A DNA stretch of 64,000 nt, taken from a virus. Within the stretch, counting starts at the first letter, position 1. Each line of letters begins with the position of its first letter. Under the pieces are notes generated by a model. It saw nothing but the letters and a program-made list of their open reading frames with translations. It had not been told where the DNA came from and did not search any database. Location: positions 17,651 to 81,650 of the IMG/VR virus record IMGVR_UViG_3300000304_000007, one strand, 5' to 3'. Below are positions 8,679-18,080 of the stretch, piece after piece. The position numbers were made by a program, and so were the translations under genes.

Positions 8679-9629
8679 TTATAAGGATTGTTTTAATTTC
8701 ATTAGATCAGAGTAAGACTGATAATGTACTCGATATATCAACTTGAGGACTTCTTTCCTCTTGAGGTCATTTACATCTTTGCCCTCGGGAAGGAATATAA
8801 CTTTCACTTTTTTAAAGGGTTGCAGCTTAAATGCAAGATCAAGAGCATATTCTTTTGCATCTGGATCTAGAAGCAATATGAATCTCTTGCAGGGGGATTT
8901 TATGAGGGTGTTTATCTGGTATCTAGATACTGCCTTTCCTGACATTGCAATTCCCCTCTCTCCCATGGTAGCAGCATTTATTGCTCCCTCACATATGAAA
9001 CAGGAAGAGTAGATATCCAGTGCATCTCTGTTATAGATAATGAAGGATTTTCCCAGACCTGATTCTGAGGTATCTGGGTTGTTATAACGGGGCCCATTTC
9101 CCAAGAAGAGTCGGGCATTGAAGTATACCAGTTTACCGTGTTCATGGAACGGGATAATGAGGTAGCCGAAATATTTTCCCTGTGTGCAGTATCCCCAGCC
9201 CATTCTGGAAAGAACATTGAAATCAAATCCTCTACGTGTGACATAGTTTCTTGCAGATTTAGCTATTGTATTGTCTCCCTGATTGAGTAAGTAGAAGCCC
9301 TCTGGGAGATACATGGGCTTGTGTTCCTTTAATTCTACCTTGTCTTCCTTGAATATGTAACCGGAGAACTGTTCCTGTTCAAGGATAGAATAAACTTCAT
9401 GATAAGTATCTACGTTCTCTAGATACATCACTAACTGCATTGGTGAGGGATGTTCCCCGCATCGGAAGCAGTTGCATCGATTGAGAGAAAGGTTGATTCC
9501 GAACTTACCCTCTCTTCCACAGTAAGGGCATCGAGATTTTAACCAACCATGTCGGTAATCAAATGCCCCTATCTTTATCTGGAAGTACTTGTGAAGTCTT
9601 CCCTTGAAGTTACTTGTAAGCTTTGCCAT
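8679..9629 (-). CDS. DNA primase (zinc finger plus TOPRIM)
   Basis: CPYC...CNCFRC zinc finger; CEGAINA; LLDPDA; KDVNDL. Confidence 0.92.
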   Translation of the reverse strand: MAKLTSNFKGRLHKYFQIKIGAFDYRHGWLKSRCPYCGREGKFGINLSLNRCNCFRCGEHPSPMQLVMYLENVDTYHEVYSILEQEQFSGYIFKEDKVELKEHKPMYLPEGFYLLNQGDNTIAKSARNYVTRRGFDFNVLSRMGWGYCTQGKYFGYLIIPFHEHGKLVYFNARLFLGNGPRYNNPDTSESGLGKSFIIYNRDALDIYSSCFICEGAINAATMGERGIAMSGKAVSRYQINTLIKSPCKRFILLLDPDAKEYALDLAFKLQPFKKVKVIFLPEGKDVNDLKRKEVLKLIYRVHYQSYSDLMKLKQSL

Positions 9630-11098
9630 TAGATATCACCAGTTGTATGCTTTCTCTTTTCAGGATCAGCATTTGGATTCTTACCCTTTATCTTGGTACC
9701 TTTCTTAATCATCTCATCTACCACTTTACCCTGTGATTCATCATAAGCTCTTCTTGCATCCCTTGAGAATTCTTTCCACCTCTGCCTGTCTGCATCTATA
9801 TTGAAGAGAACTCTTCCGGAAGGTTTACCATCCCTCTGCACTACAACTTCCATCCTCTGTATTCCATTCTCTTCTTCCTCTTGAGTTGAGTTGAGTCCCA
9901 TGATACATTGAGCATTCCTTATAATGGAGATAGCAGATGCAATATCATTATCCTCGTATTTGGTTTCCTTGTGATTTGCAGCTTCCCTCTTCACATGTTG
10001 AGCAGTCCATATATGATCAAGATTCATCTCGGTTGCCAGATTGTCGAGGTCTACATATACATTGCCTATTCTTTCAGTATCTTCTTTGTCTCTAGCAATG
10101 GATGCAAGCTTAGCTGCGTAGTCAATCATGAGGATATTGATCTTGATATCGTGTTCAGCTTCTAGCTTCTGGATTATTCCCCGAATGTGATTTGCATCTG
10201 CAACAAGAGCAGGAACCCTCTCTACTATGAATTCAACTCCCAGTCTCTTATACTTCCTCATGTGTCTCTGTTCTAGCTTATCATATTCCCCTGAGAGAAC
10301 TTCCAGCTTAGTCTTATTCAGAGTTGACTGAACCATCCTTTCCATGATCTGATTCTTACCGTTCTCGGTATCTATATAAAGGACATTCTTCTTCATAGTG
10401 AGATATCCTCTAGCTACATTGATGAGAGCAAAGGTCTTCTTAGCTTTTGGTCTATCCAGAAGTACGAAGATAGATCCCCGGGAATACCCATTGCCATTGG
10501 ATAATTTATTGAGCTGCCAGTAGGGAGTAGGAACTATATCAGGATCTGTTCTCCTGAGCAACTGCCTTCTGATTGTACCCTCTACCATGAAGAGAGGTTC
10601 TTCTTCTTTCTTAGGTGTAGACTTTCGGATTATCTGAGCAACCTTGTTCTGATATTCTTCATAGAGATCGAAGTTGGATAGATCCATGGATTCATTCAGA
10701 GCTTTCATCTCGGTGTAAGCCGTGAACTTGTAGATGTTGTCTTTGATCACATCCTCATCTTTCAGGGGAATATCATATAGATTGTCGATGATTTTGTGGA
10801 TGTTGGGGAGATCGTCCTTAGTTACTAGATTGACATAATCCTTTCCCTCCAGAAGCTTATGCATGTTTTCTATTAGCAAGGGCTTACTGGGAATCTTCTT
10901 GTACTTCTTGGTGAACTTAGTGAGTCCCTCAAAGATGAGAGCATGTTCAATGAGGGTGAAATACCCGGACTTCAACTTGGGAAGTATGAGCAGAGATTCC
11001 TTGCTCTGTATGAAGAATCGAAGAACTTCTAATTGAAATTCCAGGGTGAAAGTAAATTTGTCACTAGCATCTAGCTTTTTCTTAAATCTTGATTTCAT
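9629..11098 (-). CDS. DnaB-like replicative helicase
   Basis: Adjacent to primase; P-loop-position DRPKAKKT, YIDTENG, MIDYA, WTAQH, QRDG. Confidence 0.85.
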   Translation of the reverse strand: MKSRFKKKLDASDKFTFTLEFQLEVLRFFIQSKESLLILPKLKSGYFTLIEHALIFEGLTKFTKKYKKIPSKPLLIENMHKLLEGKDYVNLVTKDDLPNIHKIIDNLYDIPLKDEDVIKDNIYKFTAYTEMKALNESMDLSNFDLYEEYQNKVAQIIRKSTPKKEEEPLFMVEGTIRRQLLRRTDPDIVPTPYWQLNKLSNGNGYSRGSIFVLLDRPKAKKTFALINVARGYLTMKKNVLYIDTENGKNQIMERMVQSTLNKTKLEVLSGEYDKLEQRHMRKYKRLGVEFIVERVPALVADANHIRGIIQKLEAEHDIKINILMIDYAAKLASIARDKEDTERIGNVYVDLDNLATEMNLDHIWTAQHVKREAANHKETKYEDNDIASAISIIRNAQCIMGLNSTQEEEENGIQRMEVVVQRDGKPSGRVLFNIDADRQRWKEFSRDARRAYDESQGKVVDEMIKKGTKIKGKNPNADPEKRKHTTGDI

Positions 11099-11201
11099 AT
11101 CTTTACATGTCCAATATGATATTCAAGAGTACTCAGTAGTATACTTGATGTACGCTTGACAAGAGAATGAGCATCAGCCCTATTCAAGTTGATATCTCTA
11201 G

Positions 11202-11240
11202 TTTGATACATATTTATATTATATTTTATATATTTGCATA
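11202..11240 (+). promoter_or_regulatory. Bacteroidota-type housekeeping promoter for the sigma-like gene
   Basis: TATATTTG(CA) at 11229-11236 (TAnnTTTG), with TTTG at 11202-11205. Confidence 0.6.
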
Positions 11241-11264
11241 TAAATATTAAAACAGGTATTCGAT

Positions 11265-11915
11265 ATGGTGACTCAGACTAATGGAAGTGAAATTCACAGG
11301 TTGAAGGAGTTTCAACATGTGGACAATGACCTATTCAACAAGATGTATAAGATATGCAAGCCCCTGATTAATAAGCTTGCTAGAAGCATCGATTCTCGAA
11401 GATACAATGTTTCTCCTGACATTATACGAGATTATTTCTGGGATAAGTTTATGTATGTATATAATAAGTATCAGGATGAATACGGGGAGGAGAGATTGAA
11501 GGCAACCCTGATATCTTCGATAAGAACTTTCAAGAATAAGCTTCTCAGGAATGCTTATACTCAACAAGCAGAATTCAATCAAGAACTCACTTCCTTTGAA
11601 CAGGTATTTGAAGCAGGCAGGGAATGGGAAGATGATACCGAGGAAACGGAATACAAGGAAGATCTCAGCATCAGATTTAATGAATACCTCCAATCTAAGT
11701 TGACGGAGGATGAATATCTATTGTTTAGAACAGAATTGGAACCTCCTCAGTATCTCATAGATAAGAAGAATGAATCCCACGGGAAGATATCAGTGCTTCA
11801 CCTGATAGATTTCTTTGAGTTACCTCGAAATAAGAGGTCTGCATCCCATATCTCGGAGATGAGAAAACATATCAAGGAAGTCCTTGAAAATGCTGCTACA
11901 GAATTCAAACGCTAA
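11265..11915 (+). CDS. Phage sigma-factor-like transcription protein
   Basis: Region-2-like helices (PLINKLARS...IIRDYFWDKFMYVYNKY...LISSIRTFKNKLLR) and a C-terminal HTH-like segment; divergent orientation. Confidence 0.55.
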   Translation: MVTQTNGSEIHRLKEFQHVDNDLFNKMYKICKPLINKLARSIDSRRYNVSPDIIRDYFWDKFMYVYNKYQDEYGEERLKATLISSIRTFKNKLLRNAYTQQAEFNQELTSFEQVFEAGREWEDDTEETEYKEDLSIRFNEYLQSKLTEDEYLLFRTELEPPQYLIDKKNESHGKISVLHLIDFFELPRNKRSASHISEMRKHIKEVLENAATEFKR

Positions 11916-11950
11916 AAAGCCAGCTGGAAACATTGCTGCCTCCAACTGGC
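11914..11950 (-). terminator. Terminator between the convergent sigma-like and amidase genes
   Basis: gccagctgga / tccaactggc stem; TTTTT on the - strand. Confidence 0.6.
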
Positions 11951-11981
11951 CCCAACTAACCAACTCAACCATGGTTATTGC

Positions 11982-12596
11982 TTAGAAGATCAGATCTAAG
12001 TGTTCATCAATGTAAAGCAGGGATTTGATTATGGATGATACAAACAGTTGATTGATATTGTCATCCTGCAGCTTTTCAAGGTCTTCTTTGTTATCCATGA
12101 AGAGCCACTCTATCAGCACTGCCCCATAATTTCCCATGAGTACAGTGAAGTTTTCATCCCTGTCTGGATCTACCCTTTCCCTTATGCCTATGACCCCCTT
12201 GAAGTCTTCTCGGAGTTGTTTGATGATTATCTCGGCATATTTATCTGAGATGGTGGTTCCTCTAGAAGTCCAGAGTTCATATCCCCTGGCATCTTTCCAG
12301 TCTCTGCCATCTCCTGCTGCATTATTATGGAAAGAGAGCAGCAGTTTCTTGCAATGCAAGGGATCGGGAAGTAATACTGCATTTGCAATTTCTTTCCTCT
12401 TTGATAGACCTATTTCATGATTAGAGGGATTTGTTATCTCTACTTTGAATCCCAAATCTGGTAGCTTATTCATAAGCATCCCAGTTATTTTCCTAGACCA
12501 CTGCCATTCGAAGAACTTTCCGTCTGGGGAGCATTTGCCCTGGACATTATCCCCGTGAGCAGGGTCTAGGATAACTACTAGACTTCTTGTTATCAT
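11982..12596 (-). CDS. Endolysin, N-acetylmuramoyl-L-alanine amidase (Amidase_3)
   Basis: ILDPAHG...E, SFHNNAA, GYELWT, NFTVL, AVLIEWLFMDN. Confidence 0.92.
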   Translation of the reverse strand: MITRSLVVILDPAHGDNVQGKCSPDGKFFEWQWSRKITGMLMNKLPDLGFKVEITNPSNHEIGLSKRKEIANAVLLPDPLHCKKLLLSFHNNAAGDGRDWKDARGYELWTSRGTTISDKYAEIIIKQLREDFKGVIGIRERVDPDRDENFTVLMGNYGAVLIEWLFMDNKEDLEKLQDDNINQLFVSSIIKSLLYIDEHLDLIF

Positions 12597-13210
12597 GAGA
12601 ATTTCTGCATGTATTCCAACTTGATACCATGAATGAGAAGATCAACTGCTTGATCCATGCCCGATACTGTGAACTTATCCTTGGGAGTATATACCTGTTC
12701 TATCATGAAGTTTATGATCACGGGTGTATTGCCTTCCTCCAATAGTTCTGACAGGGGCTTATCTTGATAGATGAATTGATTAGTGAAGTTGAAGAGTTCA
12801 GTATCTTCGTTCTTCACGATCATCTTGATCTTCTCTTGGGTACGTTCCTTGTCATCAATGTGATTCTCTAGTCGAGTTCGAAGGATCTGGTATTTGATGG
12901 TCTGACCCAATACATCTATGTTCCTTCGGATTATCAGAGAAGCTTGTGTGGGTCCGATAGTACGTTGTGATACTCCTTCAAAGTAGGTCTGAGTTTTCTC
13001 AGAAGCCTTTCCGATGATCTCTATCTTTTTGTTGAGAGCAAAAACCTGATAGATGAAAAGTCCTACGATGAGTATCATAAATACCATAAAAATTCCGAAG
13101 ATTACCTTCAGAGCCCCATAATCTGATGCGGCTTGTGCCAACTCAATTGAGGACTTTGTTAATTGATCTACAGCAGAACCTACCTGCTGAGTGTCTACTT
13201 GGAGTATCAT
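12593..13210 (-). CDS. Single-TM membrane protein, holin candidate
   Basis: One hydrophobic helix (VIFGIFMVFMILIVGLFIYQVF), directly upstream of and overlapping the endolysin. Confidence 0.5.
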   Translation of the reverse strand: MILQVDTQQVGSAVDQLTKSSIELAQAASDYGALKVIFGIFMVFMILIVGLFIYQVFALNKKIEIIGKASEKTQTYFEGVSQRTIGPTQASLIIRRNIDVLGQTIKYQILRTRLENHIDDKERTQEKIKMIVKNEDTELFNFTNQFIYQDKPLSELLEEGNTPVIINFMIEQVYTPKDKFTVSGMDQAVDLLIHGIKLEYMQKFS

Positions 13211-14544
13211 TCTGTTCTTCGATATGCAGCAGTCCTATCGTATTCGTCGTTAGGATCACTATTGTTGGTGTATTTATCTTTCCCGTCTTCCTCATCATGA
13301 TAGGTTGCTTTTACCAAGCCTTCCCTTTCTACTACTATGTGAGCAGTAGCAGAGAATTCTCCCTTGTCACTAGTGATAGTAACCTTGACATCAGCACTGC
13401 CTGATTCAGCAATAGCCTTGACTACGCAAGTACCATCTTCTTGTGATACAAGTTCGAGTACTTCGGTATCCAGAACCTCCCAGTTGATAGTATGATATAA
13501 TCCAGAAGGAGGAGTAACCTTAGCAATAAGAGTAACAGATTCCTGAGGCTGTATGAGGGTTTCTGCAGGATCTATTCGGATTCCTGAAGCTACCATAGAA
13601 GTATCTGTACCATTGAGAGTAACAATTCCCTTAGATTCAATAGCCTGTGGGCTGATTCTTGGAGGACCGGTAACCTCAATGATAGGTCTCTCAGGTTCTA
13701 TAGTTACACTCTCATTGCAGATTCTTGCATAGATGGGCAGATATTTGTTCATGAGAGTAGTGAAAGCCTTGGTTATATCTGCCTTCCTCTGTTCAGGATT
13801 ATCAGAGGATTCTATCAGATCCCACATACCCTCAGGTATACCCACTGTGATTTTGTAGCAAGCACAGTTCCAGCAGTTGTTAGTAGACCAAGCTGCCTTG
13901 ACATCTCCATTCTCGGGGAAGGAGGATCGGTTGCCATAAGTACCCAGTATGAACCCATCATAGGATGGTTCTATAACCTGAGCATCTTTAGGTTCGGGAA
14001 CAGTAGATCTTCTCTTATTATTGGAAGGAGTTGCTTCTTCTGAATCCTTATTGTCATTGGGATTGGGAGAGCATTCATTACAGCTGACGGGTGTAATAGT
14101 AAACTGTACTCCATAGAATCTACCGAGTATCTGATAGAAAGCTTCAGTACCTCGGATCTTATAGAGTGAGATAGCATATTTCAGCATCTTCCTTGCATCA
14201 GCTTTTGGGAAAGCTGTGAGGGTATTCATCCAGCGAGATACCTGATCTTTACTGAAATCCCAGTCCTCATCATTGTTGCCTATGAGAACTCCCCAAGCAA
14301 ATGGGAGATAACCGAAATATTCCCAGATATAGTTGAGGAACAAGCCCTGGGCCGTATCAGGATCTATCTGGTCCAAGAGATTGTCTATATTTGGGGTTAT
14401 ATTATCATCAAAGTATTCGGAGCAAACCTCTATGAACCTCTCTAGAATACCCTTTCCGTTCTCATCTTTATAGGTATCGTTTTCCTTATAATAGGACGGA
14501 AAGAAATTCGAGAAGAGCCACTCCTTGAATTTAAACCGACTCAT
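13207..14544 (-). CDS. Baseplate wedge / P2 gpI-like protein with a C-terminal Ig-like (Big_2) domain
   Basis: LDQIDPD...FLNYIWEYFG...AISLYKIRGT; C-terminal IDPAETLI...VTPP...INWEV. Confidence 0.7.
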   Translation of the reverse strand: MSRFKFKEWLFSNFFPSYYKENDTYKDENGKGILERFIEVCSEYFDDNITPNIDNLLDQIDPDTAQGLFLNYIWEYFGYLPFAWGVLIGNNDEDWDFSKDQVSRWMNTLTAFPKADARKMLKYAISLYKIRGTEAFYQILGRFYGVQFTITPVSCNECSPNPNDNKDSEEATPSNNKRRSTVPEPKDAQVIEPSYDGFILGTYGNRSSFPENGDVKAAWSTNNCWNCACYKITVGIPEGMWDLIESSDNPEQRKADITKAFTTLMNKYLPIYARICNESVTIEPERPIIEVTGPPRISPQAIESKGIVTLNGTDTSMVASGIRIDPAETLIQPQESVTLIAKVTPPSGLYHTINWEVLDTEVLELVSQEDGTCVVKAIAESGSADVKVTITSDKGEFSATAHIVVEREGLVKATYHDEEDGKDKYTNNSDPNDEYDRTAAYRRTE

Positions 14545-16282
14545 TGATTGTAAGGATTATGTTCTCGGATGAGAATATTGGTATATTGTATTCGATAGGA
14601 ACCAGGTCCTGATTCATCGGAGAGATGTAGAAGGAGTACATATCGTCGGGATTATACCTGATGTCTTCCTCTGATACCACCATTTCAAAGTCTATTGTGT
14701 CATCTGAATAGTGAGCTCTCTCTCCGAATTGAACTTCTTGTTCCTGATATCCCTCGTTGTTGATAGAGTAGTTGTAAGCAGAAGCATCCTCGTTTATCTT
14801 TATGGTCACCATCACCCTTGCAGGAGTAAGGACTCCGTTAGCTTCTGTCTGTACAAACTTGTTGAGAGAGAACTGAGAAATGTCCAAAGGAATGACTCCC
14901 TCTTCCTCAGTACCTGTATAAGACCTTGTAGGAAGAGCATAGGATCTCAGATACAGCTTGGTGATATTGGAATAATCCACCATAGTACAGTTGTCTATGA
15001 GAGCATACATATCGGAGACTCGGATAGTCTGATTGATTTCTGAATTCTCTTTGTTGTATGCTTCCAACAGAGCTTTAGTAACCTGATTCTGTATGTCAAC
15101 TGACTTGAAGGATTTCTTTCCCTGAATAGTTGCAACCAGATAAATCTGAGAAGCGTGGGTAGAATGAACTACCACATTAGAAGTTATTACCTTAGATCTT
15201 CCCAGTGCAGACTGTACCTGAGCAACCAGATCATCCGGAGCATCTGTTCCTCCATCGGGGGATATGTAGATGTCTACCTGTTTGCCACAAGTGTATTCTA
15301 CGTAGGCTTTGTTTACCCCAGGCTGGAGCATTGCAAGAGCCTCGAAATCTTCTCGAGTGACTGCAACTCCCAGGGTCTTAATTGAGAGGGGTACATGTTG
15401 CTTGAGCATGCTGAAGTTCTCATAGTTAGAACCTCCTGCAGCATCTTGAGGCTGGGATATAGCTAAGTCCTCTATACCTTTGTTCTGAAGAACTTGAGGA
15501 ACAGTATTGAAAGAACCCTTGGCAATGTTCCCGGATTCTCCATAAGTATAGTAGTAAGTAGCCTTGACTGTTGAATTCAGAGTCGGCTTCATTCCAAAAG
15601 TACCATCTCCGAAAATGATACGAGGCTTGAGATTGCTGTCTATCTCTACCTTATATACTCGGTCAATAGCATTTGAATAAGCAAAGGTATCTACCAAAGT
15701 CCAGGGAGTTCCATTGATATAGAGAACCATAGACCCCTCTACATACCTTCTGTTAGAAGGAGGTTCGGGTAAGTATATTTCTTGGTTTATAGAAGCTATG
15801 GTACCTAGATCTACTTCTCCGGCATATTCTCTTTGAATGAGAGGAACCTTGATAGAGTAAGCATCTACTTCAGATACTACTCGTTTAGTTGAATACCAAG
15901 GTTTACCATCAGCAGAAGTGAAAGCAGTATTCTCAGGTACTTCGAATTCCATCCCAAAAGGTTCTTCTCCAGTCCTGTAAAGGATTACATCCACTGTAGG
16001 AGCAACTGCAGATTTGATATGGTAGTCTACCAATTTGGAATGCTTCATAAGGGAAGAAAAACGCCTCGCAGTGGGGAAGAAAGCTTCCCTTGCCATATTA
16101 TCAATGTAATAATGCAATACTTCTGCTATAGCAGCAAATGCAGAAATTATGAGAACAAAGATATTGCCCTCACTTATGTCGGTCATCCCTGGAACAGTTT
16201 TCTGAACTCTCCTGAGGATTCCATTCTTTATATCTTCGTAAGATCGCTGATAGGGATTCAGCCAGGGATTAGTGGTTGACAT
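14531..16282 (-). CDS. Baseplate wedge protein (T4 gp6 / gpJ-like)
   Basis: RSYEDIK...TDISEGN...IDNMAREAF; FGDGTFG; AAGGSNYE...AVTREDFEALA. Confidence 0.85.
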   Translation of the reverse strand: MSTTNPWLNPYQRSYEDIKNGILRRVQKTVPGMTDISEGNIFVLIISAFAAIAEVLHYYIDNMAREAFFPTARRFSSLMKHSKLVDYHIKSAVAPTVDVILYRTGEEPFGMEFEVPENTAFTSADGKPWYSTKRVVSEVDAYSIKVPLIQREYAGEVDLGTIASINQEIYLPEPPSNRRYVEGSMVLYINGTPWTLVDTFAYSNAIDRVYKVEIDSNLKPRIIFGDGTFGMKPTLNSTVKATYYYTYGESGNIAKGSFNTVPQVLQNKGIEDLAISQPQDAAGGSNYENFSMLKQHVPLSIKTLGVAVTREDFEALAMLQPGVNKAYVEYTCGKQVDIYISPDGGTDAPDDLVAQVQSALGRSKVITSNVVVHSTHASQIYLVATIQGKKSFKSVDIQNQVTKALLEAYNKENSEINQTIRVSDMYALIDNCTMVDYSNITKLYLRSYALPTRSYTGTEEEGVIPLDISQFSLNKFVQTEANGVLTPARVMVTIKINEDASAYNYSINNEGYQEQEVQFGERAHYSDDTIDFEMVVSEEDIRYNPDDMYSFYISPMNQDLVPIEYNIPIFSSENIILTINESV

Positions 16283-16934
16283 ATATAGAATTAGTTTGAG
16301 GATTATAACTGAAGTCTAGGTCGTAAATAGACCTAGAATCTTTGATAGCAAATTTGAGAACAAGGTGTATAGAATCGAATTGCCTTATACACCTGAGATC
16401 CATGGCTATTAACCGAGGTTCCCAAGCTTTGATAGAATCAGAGAGATACTTTCTCAGGATAACTCCCAGAGCTATAGTATTGGGTTCTTCTATACTATCC
16501 CACATGAGAGTACCATAATATTCAGAACGAATTTTCTGACCTATCATGTAAGAAAGAAGACCGATGAGATTCTGTTTTACCAAATTTACATCTCCATATA
16601 CAGGATACCACCCCACTCTCTCTACCATTACAGGTATCATCCAGGGGTTGTTAGTATCGGGTATGGGATTACCCGAGGCATCATAGATTATATTGCCCTG
16701 AGCATCCCTTTGAGGATAGAATACAGGGTTCCCCTCTTCATCTGTCTTCTGTTCCATTACAGGTACCCAGTATTCTTTTCCTTGATCATCTGTATGAACT
16801 TCTAGCTTCGGTATCATCTTTATATTCCCATCCTGATCTTTAGCTTTAGTGAGCTTAATGGGAAACAGACCTCCGGAACCGATTGAGTTGAGTTGTTGTA
16901 AGTTGTCCATGATTTTATCCGAGAGGAATTGCAT
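16269..16934 (-). CDS. gp25/GPW-like baseplate protein with an internal repeat insertion
   Basis: GLLFP-like N-terminus; IGQKIRSEYYGT...EPN...IKAWEPRL. Confidence 0.75.
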   Translation of the reverse strand: MQFLSDKIMDNLQQLNSIGSGGLFPIKLTKAKDQDGNIKMIPKLEVHTDDQGKEYWVPVMEQKTDEEGNPVFYPQRDAQGNIIYDASGNPIPDTNNPWMIPVMVERVGWYPVYGDVNLVKQNLIGLLSYMIGQKIRSEYYGTLMWDSIEEPNTIALGVILRKYLSDSIKAWEPRLIAMDLRCIRQFDSIHLVLKFAIKDSRSIYDLDFSYNPQTNSIYVNH

Positions 16935-17391
16935 CTATTATACCAGCCACTGTATCTATAGCAGCACCCACTGTAGATACAGTTTGAATAATTACATTGA
17001 GAGCAGGAACACCCTTTCCCAAGAGACTGAGTACACTGTTAAGTTGACCCAGAGAAGCAGTAGCAGTTGCAATCTGTATCTTCCATGATTTTATGTTTGC
17101 CATGGTCTGATTGACTACTACAGGAACTCCACCTCCAGGAGGAAGGATAGTAGCTGCTGAAGTCAGAGCAGAAGCAATGTCAGTTGGAATATTAGACAGA
17201 TTAGTTATGGCAGTCTGGATACTGTCATATATGCTATTCAGTTCTTCCAACTTTGATTCTATCTGAGCTTTTGCAGCCTCTACCATTGAATCTATAACTT
17301 CCTCGGAGTCAGGTAGAGAATCCGTGAATTCTTTTATCTTAGCCTTGATTATTTCTTCGGCCATCTGACCTACATCTGCAATTAGAGCCAT
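16915..17391 (-). CDS. Hypothetical baseplate-region protein (amphipathic helices)
   Basis: Coupled ORF in the baseplate operon. Confidence 0.65.
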   Translation of the reverse strand: MALIADVGQMAEEIIKAKIKEFTDSLPDSEEVIDSMVEAAKAQIESKLEELNSIYDSIQTAITNLSNIPTDIASALTSAATILPPGGGVPVVVNQTMANIKSWKIQIATATASLGQLNSVLSLLGKGVPALNVIIQTVSTVGAAIDTVAGIIDAIPLG

Positions 17392-18080
17392 CAGTGAGAA
17401 ACATTAGGATCTTCGAGTTTTGTTACCATATCCTTACCCATCCAGGTAGACAGGTTAGTACCTGAACCCAGAACAAGTAGATCTTTCATGAGAGCTTGAG
17501 CAAGAGAACGGATAGCATCAGAGTTGACCAGACCCTTGTTCTTTCCACCGTTTATTGTGGTAGTCTTGCCCTCTATATCTATAGTGGTACCAGTATCGCC
17601 CCCGACCTTCAGATTGAGCTTACCTGTCTTCTCTATGGTGAGTAATACTAGAGAATCTTTGTCCTCTTCGGAATCCCCTATTTGCAGAGTAAGCTTACCC
17701 TCCTTGTCCTGTATATAGAGCTTGTGACCAAAGGGTGTGACCATACCCACTGTATGATTGTCCCATAATTCTTCAGGACATTCATCGTATTTCCAGGGAG
17801 CATGAGACCAAAGGGCATTCATAGTGGTACCCTTTTCAAACTCTACATATACAATGTCCCCCCGCTTGGGTGTTATGAACTTAGCCCCTGCTTTGAGAAA
17901 TCCTATAGCAGCTTTAGACCTTGCCCATACTTTTACCCCATTCTGAACAGAGGGTACATATACAAGCAAACGATTGAGATGGTCAGGATCATCATTACTT
18001 ATAACGATTCCTCGATAAGTAGAGTAATACCTACCTATAAACTCTACTCCGTATTTTTGAAGTATCTTCAGTAGGTTCAT
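17391..18080 (-). CDS. Baseplate spike (gp5/gpV/VgrG OB-fold)
   Basis: YRGIVISNDDPDHLNRLLVYVP...PKRGDIVYVEFEKG; C-terminal beta-helix-like segment. Confidence 0.85.
   Translation of the reverse strand: MNLLKILQKYGVEFIGRYYSTYRGIVISNDDPDHLNRLLVYVPSVQNGVKVWARSKAAIGFLKAGAKFITPKRGDIVYVEFEKGTTMNALWSHAPWKYDECPEELWDNHTVGMVTPFGHKLYIQDKEGKLTLQIGDSEEDKDSLVLLTIEKTGKLNLKVGGDTGTTIDIEGKTTTINGGKNKGLVNSDAIRSLAQALMKDLLVLGSGTNLSTWMGKDMVTKLEDPNVSH

Noticed and set aside
11152-11158. Single CAAGCGT (reverse strand) upstream of the helicase, matching the 58.6-kb repeats
   Set aside because: One 7-mer is expected by chance several times in 64 kb.
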